A stretch of 49,428 nt of DNA from Methanobacteriota archaeon (GTDB lineage: Archaea > Thermoplasmatota > Poseidoniia > Poseidoniales > Thalassarchaeaceae). Made by a program: the position numbers and the translations under genes. The stretch's first letter is position 1. Each line of letters starts with the position of its first letter. This document shows, in pieces, positions 19,999-28,999 of this stretch. Location: assembly GCA_002683155.1 (NCBI GenBank), contig NYST01000009.1:7963-57390 (forward strand). The letters are read 5' to 3'. The notes below the pieces were generated by a model that was not told where the DNA came from, did no database searches, and was given only the letters and a program-made list of their open reading frames with translations.

Positions 19999-20182
19999 TG
20001 TGGTATTTTCATCTTCTATACACTATTTTAATGTGGTAATTAACTACTTTTCAACTAATTTCACTAATATATCTGATATAATGTGGTATTTTTATCTACT
20101 ATACACTATTTTAATGTGGTAAAAATAAGAAAATATAGATCTAATAAAACGGAAATACCACATTAAACAATTAATTGTGGTT
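19996..20182. repeat. AT-rich array of TAATGTGGTA boxes (four direct, one inverted, one degenerate)
   Basis: Direct boxes at 19996, 20029, 20079 and 20112; inverted TACCACATTA at 20156-20165. A 44-bp unit is duplicated at 19996-20039 and 20079-20122 with 2 mismatches. Hand count gives about 21% GC over 19991-20200. Confidence 0.95.
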
Positions 20183-20234
20183 AAATTATCATAATTATGG
20201 CCAATATTGTTGTACTATACCTGCTGGGGCGGCC

Positions 20235-23099
20235 ATGGTATCGGCGAGAATAGGGATTTGGAAGTGTCCCGAGTGTGGCCTTCATCAGATTTGGAAAACT
20301 AGGTCTAATAAATCGAGTAAATTGGACAGGAAGTGCTCAAAATGTGAAAAAAGGATCAGGGCCACACTGGATAGATCATCCAGTGGCAAGGGAAGAACAA
20401 GGAGCTTGGAGATATGGGAAAGGGATCCACGTTCTAAGATTGGAGAACTTGTAGAAGAGGCAGCAAGAAGAAACTCCGGGATTTCTATAGAAGAAGGGGC
20501 TCTTGACCGTCCTAATGATGAGCCGCAGTCGATATTACCGAAGATTTGGGGTTCTGGTTGGAAACCCGAGATTCCGTTAGAATTCCCCCAGAAAGTTTCT
20601 ATCGAGTGCGTCAGGGATGACTTGCTAGGATTCATTGCTGAAAGGCACGATGGCCATCTGGATGTGGTTTCTGACTGCTGGGGCAATCTGAAGATGCCAA
20701 ATTATCTGGATGGGGAAAGTTTCCACGAATTTTCGGAAATACTGGTTTCTGAGTTGAAAAAAAGAATGTCAGAACGCCTTCTTGGTCCAAACCTCTCATC
20801 TTTAGGTGAAACGGAAATAATTCCTCGAAGAACAGGAGAAGTTTTCCTAGAAAGGAGGATGGATCGATTCCTGGTCGATGTTACACTTTGCCTTAGGAGA
20901 ATGGCCCATTATCACTCAATTACAGTAGAAGATAGATTGCAATGGCAGAGATGGATGATTAGAACGAGATTAGTTGATGAACAGTTGAAGGATCTATTCG
21001 CATCGGGACTGCCCACCCCAGATGGCGGTACCTTCGGAGGGAAGGGTTTCAGATCAACTTGGCAGGAGGGCGTGGCGGCTTGTGCTTCTGCAATGAATAG
21101 AGCAGTTGATCTTCCCGAGAGTGAACGAGAAAATGCAGACGTAGTTGCACCTATGATTCGGGATATGGGGCTCGCCCTAGCCATGGGGCAGACTCCGATT
21201 GAAGTTCTTGCAGCCCAAATGGGCAAGGCGGGATCCTATATGGATGGAGGTATCGAGGGAAGTGGGGGGCGTGATTTGCATATTGGGAATTGGGAGAAGA
21301 GAGTCCTACCCCCAACAGCACCCCTTCCGATAGCAAGTGCAACTACAACCGGGGTAGCATTGGCTGCGAAGCAAATGGGTGTGAAGAGATTTCATCTAGC
21401 CCCGGTTGGAGAAGGTTGTAGCAGCAGTGGAGAGTTCTGGGAAGCGATGAATTTCGCAGGCGTCCGGGGACTTCCAATTTGCTTTATGATTCAAAATAAT
21501 CAGATTGCTCTCGACACTTTCAATTCGGCGCAATCTGGAGCGGAGACCTTTGGTGACAAAGGGCACGCAATGGGAATACCGTCGTGGACCATTGATGGAT
21601 CCGATCCAGGGATGTTCTACGCATCCTCAGCTGTGGCTAGAGAGTTCGCAATGGAAGATTGTGGGGCCACTCTGATTCATGTTGAGACAATGAGGGGTTG
21701 TGGTCATGCTCACCATCACGATGACTTGTATCTAGGATCTTCAAGTGGAAATCCTCCGGGTTATGTTGATCGCGATTTGCTTCGATACTGGTCCGAGAAG
21801 GACCCCCTCCCAAACCACAGAGAATTGCTGATTAAATTAGGAGTCGGGGAACAGATGCTGAATCGGATACTACGGGAAGAGGAGGAGGGGATCGCTGCTG
21901 CCAGGAGTGAATTGGAAGAAATGGATTGGCCAGAGGGAAATTCGGTAGTAAGGGGGGTGACCTCACTGTTTGATGCAACAAGTCATGAACACCAGCTGAG
22001 TAGAATAGATCGAGAGGGCGATGCCCTAGAAGCGGTTCTAAAATCTGGAGAATACGGCATCGAATTCTCAGATGCTCCAAACTCATGGACATTCAGTAGA
22101 TCAATACAGAATGCCATGGCAACTCTGGCTGAGCAATTTGGAGAACAGATGATTTTCATGGGAGAAGATATGGAAGTCGCTGGGGCTTTCGGGATGAATC
22201 TAGGACTGAAGGCAAGGGGGCACCAAACGAAGCTCCTCGATATGCCACTCTCCGAGGCAATTATCATCCATTCAGCAACTGGGGCTGCCTTGGGAGGAAT
22301 GAGGCCTCTAGCAGAAATTCAGTTCGGTGGTTTTGCTTCACTTGCAATGAATCCACTGGTAAACAACGCAGCTCAACTAAGGTGGAGGTGGGGCGCTGAA
22401 GTGCCTCTAACTGTCAGAATTCCACTTGGGGCAAAGACCCGTAGTGGACCATTCCACGCGAATATGATTGAGTCGTGGTTGACAAATGATCCAGGTTTGG
22501 TTATCGTCTCTCCCAGCAACCCACAAGATGCCTATGACCTTCTAATCGAATCACATCATCTTCCAGATCCAGTGGTGTACCTTGAGCACATTGGGTTATA
22601 CGGACTGAGGGGTGGGATGACTGGTTGGGGGAAATCAATCAATCAAGTCGTTGATACAGAATCGGTAGAGAAGAGGCTTGAAAGTGGCAATAGTTCCATA
22701 GGATCTGCTCGAATAGTTCGTGGGGGAAAAGACATCACAATTGTCACATGGGGAGCAATGGTTCATGTTGCCCTTGATGCGGCCAGAGAGGCATCAAAAA
22801 AGGGAGTCGAAGTTGAGTTAGTGGACCTTAGAACTCTTGTTCCGTTTGATTCTGAGACCTGCATAAATTCGGTATTGAGAACGGGTCGTCTGATTGTTCT
22901 GCAAGAGTCACAATGGACGGGAGGCTTCGGGCACACGGTATCAAGCAGGATTGTTGAAGAGTCGTTCTGGAGGATGGAGTCTCCCCCAATTGTAATTGGG
23001 GCTTTGGATACACCAGTCCCATTTTCACCCACTCTGGAGGATCACACGATCCCCAGCGTAGAAGTAGTTGTCAGGCATATTCAGAGGGCATGCACTTGA
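20235..23099 (+). CDS. Fused 2-oxoacid dehydrogenase E1 alpha+beta (branched-chain-like) with an N-terminal zinc-ribbon extension
   Basis: TPP motif GEG...QNN, RGCGH and KDPL in the alpha part; GEDM, DMPLSE, AEIQF, GPFH and VDLRTL in the beta part. About 240 extra N-terminal aa containing CPEC-x19-CSKC. Confidence 0.9.
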   Translation: MVSARIGIWKCPECGLHQIWKTRSNKSSKLDRKCSKCEKRIRATLDRSSSGKGRTRSLEIWERDPRSKIGELVEEAARRNSGISIEEGALDRPNDEPQSILPKIWGSGWKPEIPLEFPQKVSIECVRDDLLGFIAERHDGHLDVVSDCWGNLKMPNYLDGESFHEFSEILVSELKKRMSERLLGPNLSSLGETEIIPRRTGEVFLERRMDRFLVDVTLCLRRMAHYHSITVEDRLQWQRWMIRTRLVDEQLKDLFASGLPTPDGGTFGGKGFRSTWQEGVAACASAMNRAVDLPESERENADVVAPMIRDMGLALAMGQTPIEVLAAQMGKAGSYMDGGIEGSGGRDLHIGNWEKRVLPPTAPLPIASATTTGVALAAKQMGVKRFHLAPVGEGCSSSGEFWEAMNFAGVRGLPICFMIQNNQIALDTFNSAQSGAETFGDKGHAMGIPSWTIDGSDPGMFYASSAVAREFAMEDCGATLIHVETMRGCGHAHHHDDLYLGSSSGNPPGYVDRDLLRYWSEKDPLPNHRELLIKLGVGEQMLNRILREEEEGIAAARSELEEMDWPEGNSVVRGVTSLFDATSHEHQLSRIDREGDALEAVLKSGEYGIEFSDAPNSWTFSRSIQNAMATLAEQFGEQMIFMGEDMEVAGAFGMNLGLKARGHQTKLLDMPLSEAIIIHSATGAALGGMRPLAEIQFGGFASLAMNPLVNNAAQLRWRWGAEVPLTVRIPLGAKTRSGPFHANMIESWLTNDPGLVIVSPSNPQDAYDLLIESHHLPDPVVYLEHIGLYGLRGGMTGWGKSINQVVDTESVEKRLESGNSSIGSARIVRGGKDITIVTWGAMVHVALDAAREASKKGVEVELVDLRTLVPFDSETCINSVLRTGRLIVLQESQWTGGFGHTVSSRIVEESFWRMESPPIVIGALDTPVPFSPTLEDHTIPSVEVVVRHIQRACT

Positions 23100-23157
23100 T
23101 TTTTTTAGCATAAGACATTAGCAAAGAGTAATTTGTGAAATGTTGCGGGATTGACAT

Positions 23158-24117
23158 ATGGATGGGACTCTAGTCGACGTAATGTTCGTTCTTTCTGGTT
23201 TCGCATTCCTGATGGGAGGGGGGGAAGCATTAGTCCAAGGGGCGACAAGAATTTCACAAAATCTCAGCGTCTCCCCCCTGGTTGTTGGATTCACAGTAGT
23301 GGCAGTTGGAACTTCGCTACCCGAGTTGGCTGTAGCAATAGAGGCAATAGGAAATGATTCTCCCGACATAGCAATTGGCGGAGTACTCGGATCGAATGTT
23401 GCCAATGTAATGCTTGTTCTGGGAACTGCAGCATTACTGGGAGCGAAGTCCGAAGGTGGAGAAGACGTGAAGAGGGATGCAATAGCTGTCATAGTGGCTA
23501 CTGCTTTTATGGCGATTTTCGTATTTGGAGGGGAAGTCCCCCTAATGGGTGGCGTGATAATGCTAGTTTGTCTACTAGGATACTATTACTACACATATTC
23601 GAGAGCTATTGCAGGTGATGATGAATATGAATTCGAGGACTCATGGCTTCCAAGAAAAATGTCCGTCGCAATTCCGTCCTGCATCCTTGGCGGTGCGATG
23701 ATTTGGCTAGGAGCGAGGCTTTTGGTGGATGGTTCGACCAACATTGCAGAGACGTTCGGAGTCTCTGAGGCGGTGATAGGCCTGACTATTGTTGCCCTAG
23801 GTACCTCGTTGCCAGAACTAGCTGTTACGGTAGTTGCAGGCCTTAGGGGCCAGGGTGGTGTAGCCGTAGGAAATGTTCTCGGTTCCAACGTAATGAATAT
23901 CATGGGAATACTTGGCATTGCCAGTATTATTGGAGCAGGGATAACCGTCGATAGCGAGTTCAACAGAGACATAATCGTGGTCATAGCAACTTCTGGTTTC
24001 GTGGTTACGGCATTTCTTAGAGGCAAAGACTTCTCAAGGAATGTTGGTTCGTTAATGATCCTCACTTATCTTTCCTACATGACTTATCTCAGTGGATTGC
24101 TAGACGGATTGGTATAG
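23158..24117 (+). CDS. Ca2+/Na+ antiporter (YrbG/CaCA family)
   Basis: Two alpha-repeats, GTSLPE...GSNVAN and GTSLPE...GSNVMN. Confidence 0.93.
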   Translation: MDGTLVDVMFVLSGFAFLMGGGEALVQGATRISQNLSVSPLVVGFTVVAVGTSLPELAVAIEAIGNDSPDIAIGGVLGSNVANVMLVLGTAALLGAKSEGGEDVKRDAIAVIVATAFMAIFVFGGEVPLMGGVIMLVCLLGYYYYTYSRAIAGDDEYEFEDSWLPRKMSVAIPSCILGGAMIWLGARLLVDGSTNIAETFGVSEAVIGLTIVALGTSLPELAVTVVAGLRGQGGVAVGNVLGSNVMNIMGILGIASIIGAGITVDSEFNRDIIVVIATSGFVVTAFLRGKDFSRNVGSLMILTYLSYMTYLSGLLDGLV

Positions 24118-24147
24118 CACTATTACGAAGCCTGGTAACGGGCAACC

Positions 24148-24726
24148 ATGGAGTTGCCTCGGATTGAGTGTGTGATTCTTGCAGCTGGTTCCAGTACAAG
24201 ATTGGGGACTGATAAAGCACTAATTCGGATCGGGGGGCGCACCCTGGTAGGATGGTTGTCGGAAAGAGTTGCTAAAATTGGGGTCGATGTCACTGTTGTG
24301 GCGAACAAATCTAACATTGAAGAGATTTCTGAGGATCTTCTAGAAGCGAAGGTAGTTGAAAATAGAGAACCCCAGAAAGGGCGAACTGGTTCCCTAAAAG
24401 TTGGAATCTCGAGTATTGATTCAAAGGGGAAAAACTACAGATTACTAGTCATGCCAGTCGATAGACCAGGTTTCTCAAATTCAACACTAGAAAAACTGAT
24501 TAGTTTAGAGGAGAGTTCCTGCCCAATTAAAGATGGGAGGGGGGGACATCCTCTTCTATTATCTGCCGAGGATGTAGAAAGGGTCAGAGGGAGTGCTGGG
24601 GATTCCCCTCTGAGGGAAATAGTTGATCCGACTAGATTCGAAGTTTTTGACGAGATGCTCCACCTGAACATTGACACCCCTCCTGACATGGAGAGATTGG
24701 GGCAAAAGTTAGATTTGATTTTTTAA
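24148..24726 (+). CDS. MocA/MobA-like nucleotidyltransferase (probable Moco cytidylyltransferase)
   Basis: ILAAGSSTRLGTDKAL, PVDRP, GGHP and NIDTP; neighbours xdhC and a molybdoenzyme operon. Confidence 0.82.
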   Translation: MELPRIECVILAAGSSTRLGTDKALIRIGGRTLVGWLSERVAKIGVDVTVVANKSNIEEISEDLLEAKVVENREPQKGRTGSLKVGISSIDSKGKNYRLLVMPVDRPGFSNSTLEKLISLEESSCPIKDGRGGHPLLLSAEDVERVRGSAGDSPLREIVDPTRFEVFDEMLHLNIDTPPDMERLGQKLDLIF

Positions 24727-24759
24727 GAAAATTGAAAAGTGCGTTTTCAACGCAGAACC

Positions 24760-25569
24760 GTGAATCTCGAAGATTTGCTGGGTGGCTTCAGTCCAATAGA
24801 GCAGGCATTGATGGCGGGCATGTTCACTTGGTTCATGACTGCAGCAGGAGCAGGTCTCGTATTTTTCTTTCACGAAATAAACAGAAAGGCACTCGATGGG
24901 ATGCTGGGTTTTGCTGCTGGCGTAATGATTGCAGCAAGTTGCTTTGGACTTCTTAGTCCAGCAATCGATCAAACAGATGGAGAGGGGTTGGCGAAGGTTC
25001 TGCCTGCTGCATTTGGATTCGTTATGGGTGGAGTATGCATGAGAGTAATCGATGCTTACCTCCCTCACCTCCATCCGGGCGCTCCACCGGAAGAAACCGA
25101 GGGTGTCAAGACCAGTTGGCACAGGAGTAAGCTTCTGATTTCTGCCATTACTCTACACAACGTTCCCGAGGGCCTTGCAGTCGGTGTTGCCTTCGGCGCT
25201 GCTGCCTCTGGGGATGGAATGGGAGCAGCAATTGCTTTGGCCATAGGGATTGGAATTCAAAACTTCCCAGAAGGGGCTGCAGTCTCAGTTCCACTAAGGA
25301 GAGAGGGTCTGACGAAGAAGGAGAGTTTCTGGTGGGGCCAGTTATCTGCAATGGTGGAACCTATTGCGGCCGTAGTTGGTGCAGCGACCATTGTATACGT
25401 AGACCCAATCCTCCCCTATGCCCTTGCATTCGCTGCTGGAGCCATGATTTTCGTAGTGGTAGAAGAGTTGGTGCCCGAAGCCCATAGGGGCAAAAATGGA
25501 GACATTGCCACGATGGGGGTAATGATTGGTTTCACCATCATGATGATGCTAGATGTAGCATTGGGCTAG
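24760..25569 (+). CDS. ZIP-family metal transporter (GufA/ZupT-like)
   Basis: FAAGVMIAAS, PHLH, HNVPEG, QNFPEG and EELVPEAH. Confidence 0.93.
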   Translation: MNLEDLLGGFSPIEQALMAGMFTWFMTAAGAGLVFFFHEINRKALDGMLGFAAGVMIAASCFGLLSPAIDQTDGEGLAKVLPAAFGFVMGGVCMRVIDAYLPHLHPGAPPEETEGVKTSWHRSKLLISAITLHNVPEGLAVGVAFGAAASGDGMGAAIALAIGIGIQNFPEGAAVSVPLRREGLTKKESFWWGQLSAMVEPIAAVVGAATIVYVDPILPYALAFAAGAMIFVVVEELVPEAHRGKNGDIATMGVMIGFTIMMMLDVALG

Positions 25570-25609
25570 CAATAGTAACTCCAAAGGCAGAGTGCTCGGT
25601 CAGGTGGAC

Positions 25610-26443
25610 GTGAGTATCGCCGTACTGTCCTGGGTCCTAGAGAGGTTGGGTAGCGGTGAGAGGGTCGCAATTGCATCTGTAATTGAGGCTCAAGGCAGCG
25701 TTCCAGGAAAGCCTGGTGCCAGACTAGCAATCAGTTCATCGGGATCTAGGTTCGGGACGGTGGGCGGTGCTGGACTAGAACTTAGGATAGGGAAGAAGCT
25801 TGAGGAAATGCTAGCTTCAGAGGATTCTGCTAATAGGAAGAAAGGTGGTTCTGTAGAGGTCTTCTTGTTGCACAAAGATGGGAAGGGAAAAGAGGTGACT
25901 GCCTTGGACAGCCTATGTGGGGGGCGCGTGACTGTGTCTATGGAAGTAATTGATCCGAGGCCAAACATCCTGATAGCAGGAGGCGGCCATGTGGGATTCG
26001 CAATAGCACAGGTTTGCGATAATCTGGACTGGGGGTACAGTATTTTCGACATCAGAGAAGATTTTTGCAATCAGGAAAGATTCCCCAATGCAGAACAGGT
26101 GATTTGTTGTCCAGTAGAGGATTTTCTTCGAAAAGAGGACACTGATTCCCTTAGAAGATTCTCTGACATACTTCTTCTGAGTCATGATTGGGAGGTCGAT
26201 GAAGACTTGTTGATTGGCCTTCTGGGAATCTCAGGAAGCAGTTTGAGGCCCAGGATTGGGGCAATCGGTTCGAAGAAGAAGTGGTCAGAATTTGAAAGAT
26301 CCGGAATCAGAAGTGGGATCGAAAAGAGAGTCCTAGAATCTGTAAGGTGCCCCATAGGTTTGGATATCGGAGCGGACTCTCCTGAAGAGATTGCAATAGC
26401 TGTTTGCGCGGAAGTTCTATCATTGGAGAGGTCAGTCAACTAA
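25610..26443 (+). CDS. xdhC: XdhC/CoxF-family molybdenum hydroxylase maturation protein
   Basis: GSVPGKPGA, GTVGG, CGG, GGGHVG, GAIGSKKK and PIGLDIGADSPEEIAIA. Alternative start at 25592. Confidence 0.9.
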   Translation: MSIAVLSWVLERLGSGERVAIASVIEAQGSVPGKPGARLAISSSGSRFGTVGGAGLELRIGKKLEEMLASEDSANRKKGGSVEVFLLHKDGKGKEVTALDSLCGGRVTVSMEVIDPRPNILIAGGGHVGFAIAQVCDNLDWGYSIFDIREDFCNQERFPNAEQVICCPVEDFLRKEDTDSLRRFSDILLLSHDWEVDEDLLIGLLGISGSSLRPRIGAIGSKKKWSEFERSGIRSGIEKRVLESVRCPIGLDIGADSPEEIAIAVCAEVLSLERSVN

Positions 26444-26480
26444 ACCTAAGTATGAAATTCGTGGTCAATAGCGGGGCACT

Positions 26481-27698
26481 ATGAAAACAGCCTCTGCTCT
26501 GATTGGTTTGCTGCTTCTGTCGGCACCTCTAGTGGGTTGCCTTGGCGAGCAGGAAAAGGGGGTTGAAGATGATCTCTGGGTTGATGATGAGTTCGGTTCC
26601 TTTAGCGTAGTTGCCCCAGTAGACACGGGAATCAACGTATATCATGTCCACTTCACCATGAACGAGTCATATCCACAATGGCTTCTTGATCAATTAGGGG
26701 TAAACATGGTGTGCAATATCACTACCAATGGAACCTGGCAAGAGAGATATGAAGCAGATAAGGAGAGTTGCTGGGACATCATTGAATCTGGAGACATTGT
26801 TTGGTTTAGAGGAACCAGGATAATCGGAACGACACCCGATGACAATACTGAGATACCGATATTGGATGATCCCAGTGACGGACATGGAACTGCAGTAACA
26901 GGTTCGGTACTAAACGCAAATCCTGATGCAGTAATTTTCTTTGTTGAAGGTTTCAGTGATGCTGCAGTACTAGCGGCTGCGAACCAACCACTGGTTGACA
27001 TCATCACTACTAGTTTTGGACCCATCCTCTCACTCCCAGTGCCCGGTATTGAGGATGCCACCAAAGTAGCAGTAGTTCAAGAAAAGAAGATACACACAGG
27101 GGCTGCAGACAACTCCCCTTCTCCGGCTATTCAAGACTCCACTGCAGGCCCACCTTGGAGCATTGGGATTTCAGGATATGCAGAGGAGGATGACGATCAG
27201 AAGGAAACCATGAGTGGGTCATATCCAGACATCGCGGCTGACTGGACTCAGTTTTTGCCCAACCACGACGATATTGATGGGTACCATTGGACTTCAGGGA
27301 CTTCTTTCGCAACACCTAGGACTGCCGGCCTACTATCGGAGGTTCTAGAAAGTCTGAGAGCCGAATTCGGAGACCTGTCTTCTGGAGCTGATCCTGAAGA
27401 CAGGATGGGTTTTATCGTGAATGGGACAAATTTCACATTGACGAATGATGATTTGCGGGATGCGCTAAATCTCTCTGCATGGTATCCGTCTTTCTCAACT
27501 TGGGACCCTCTGTCGGGGACGACTCCCGTCTCCCCAGTGGCCCCATGCACCCAAGTTGGATGGGGTGTGGTGAACGAGAGTAATGTCAAGCCAATTATTG
27601 AGCATCTAAATGAGAGTAATGCGATGCCTCAGAGGCCATTTGATGTCGAGACCTGTATGGAGTCGAATCAGGACATCAGAGAAGCGTATTGGAACTAG
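26481..27698 (+). CDS. S8-family peptidase-like lipoprotein
   Basis: Lipobox LVGC; triad-like VDTG, GHGT and GTSFATP. Confidence 0.8.
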   Translation: MKTASALIGLLLLSAPLVGCLGEQEKGVEDDLWVDDEFGSFSVVAPVDTGINVYHVHFTMNESYPQWLLDQLGVNMVCNITTNGTWQERYEADKESCWDIIESGDIVWFRGTRIIGTTPDDNTEIPILDDPSDGHGTAVTGSVLNANPDAVIFFVEGFSDAAVLAAANQPLVDIITTSFGPILSLPVPGIEDATKVAVVQEKKIHTGAADNSPSPAIQDSTAGPPWSIGISGYAEEDDDQKETMSGSYPDIAADWTQFLPNHDDIDGYHWTSGTSFATPRTAGLLSEVLESLRAEFGDLSSGADPEDRMGFIVNGTNFTLTNDDLRDALNLSAWYPSFSTWDPLSGTTPVSPVAPCTQVGWGVVNESNVKPIIEHLNESNAMPQRPFDVETCMESNQDIREAYWN

Positions 27699-27735
27699 GG
27701 GCTCCAATTAAATATAGAAAAGACCCAGCGAGGCT

Positions 27736-28380
27736 ATGAGAAAGGTTCTCCTAAGGTGGAAGGTTTCCTCCCTTAGCGGAATTGATGAGATAGATACTCT
27801 TATGCAGATCTGCGAAAGAATAGAAGTTCTTGGCCACCTCTCCACAGAGCCTGACGGAGTGACCCAACTAGTTGAGTTGAGAATTAACGAAGGTCATGAT
27901 CTGTCGGAAATCTCAGAACTGGATAGTTTTGAGGTTATTGAGAGGCACGAAGAGGATGAGAGTGGCGTTCTTGTCAGTATTCGTTGCACCCACCCTCTTG
28001 CATTATCTGCGGTTGGGTTATCAAACATCTATGTCTATCCCCCATATGGGATTGATTCGAAGAATGGGTTGGAGTTCAGAATATTTGGAATTTCAAGTTC
28101 GATACGTAGTTTCTTAGAATTTGTCAGAACTGTGATGCCCCCGGATACGATTAGTGTCCAGACTATCAAGAACGATTCTGAAAAGGACTATGATTTCCTA
28201 ACGGAGAAGCAGAGGGAAGTTCTGGAGTTGGCTGTTCTTAGAGGATACTACGAAGATGGTTCAGAAGTCACGCTGAAACAACTAGCAGATGAGTTAGGCA
28301 TAGCGAGGAGCACCATCGGTGAGCATCTAAAAAGAGCCGAGTCGGAGGTCGTAAAGAAGGCCGTCAGTGATTTCAACTAG
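27736..28380 (+). CDS. HTH-10 (bacterio-opsin activator-type HTH) transcriptional regulator
   Basis: C-terminal LTEKQREVL...GYY...LADELGIARST...HLKRAE. Confidence 0.9.
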   Translation: MRKVLLRWKVSSLSGIDEIDTLMQICERIEVLGHLSTEPDGVTQLVELRINEGHDLSEISELDSFEVIERHEEDESGVLVSIRCTHPLALSAVGLSNIYVYPPYGIDSKNGLEFRIFGISSSIRSFLEFVRTVMPPDTISVQTIKNDSEKDYDFLTEKQREVLELAVLRGYYEDGSEVTLKQLADELGIARSTIGEHLKRAESEVVKKAVSDFN

Positions 28381-28428
28381 GTTTGGACTGAACCGAACGC
28401 TCAAAGGATAAACTCGATTGGTCATAAT

Positions 28429-28998
28429 GTGGTGCAGTTCCGACTCCCGATGCTCCCCCATCCCGATGAGGTCCAGTGGAATGGCACTGTGAACGGAGAA
28501 GAGGCTTCGATTTTCATAGAGAGCAATGCAATCCTACTGGATGTTCTAAGGGATAAAATCGGCAGTCTTGGAACCAAACGAGGATGTGACATGGGGACTT
28601 GCGGATGCTGTTCTGTCCTGGTCAATGGCGAGCCTAAATTATCATGCCTGACTCTAGCAATAGACACGAATGGTGCCGATATCACTACTGTCGAAGGATT
28701 AGCAGATGGGCACCACCTACACCCAATTCAGCAGACCTTCGCTGAATTTGGAGGGAGTCAATGCGGATTCTGTACTCCCGGTTTTCTAGTTGTGATTTCG
28801 GCTCTACTTTCTAACAACCCTCAGCCCGATGAAAGAGAAATCAAGGATGCGATAGAGGGAAATCTTTGCCGATGTACGGGTTTCCAACAGATTGTGGACT
28901 CAGTGAAAGCGGCTTCTGAGATTCTAGTCTCAGGAAATGTTGTTGGAGACTCGACAAGCCCCAAGAGCGACCCGCATCCAGGATTTGGTGGGAACTAG
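28429..28998 (+). CDS. [2Fe-2S] small subunit of a xanthine-oxidase-family enzyme (HcrC/CoxS-like)
   Basis: GTKRGCDMGTCGCC...SC, QCGFCTPG and NLCRCTG. Confidence 0.93.
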   Translation: MVQFRLPMLPHPDEVQWNGTVNGEEASIFIESNAILLDVLRDKIGSLGTKRGCDMGTCGCCSVLVNGEPKLSCLTLAIDTNGADITTVEGLADGHHLHPIQQTFAEFGGSQCGFCTPGFLVVISALLSNNPQPDEREIKDAIEGNLCRCTGFQQIVDSVKAASEILVSGNVVGDSTSPKSDPHPGFGGN

Positions 28999-28999
28999 T

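Noticed and set aside
20071..20100. XerA dif-like site (ATCTGATATAA...TTTTATCTACT)
   Set aside because: The arms only partly match archaeal dif and would need an 8-bp rather than 6-bp spacer. This is plausible by chance in AT-rich DNA.
19996..20122. Mini-CRISPR array
   Set aside because: The repeats are only 10 bp, two of the spacers are near-identical, the spacing is irregular (33/50/33) and there are no cas genes.
20175..20234. Track start of the E1 gene at TTG 20175
   Set aside because: It lies inside the AT-rich repeat island; ATG 20235 is more plausible.
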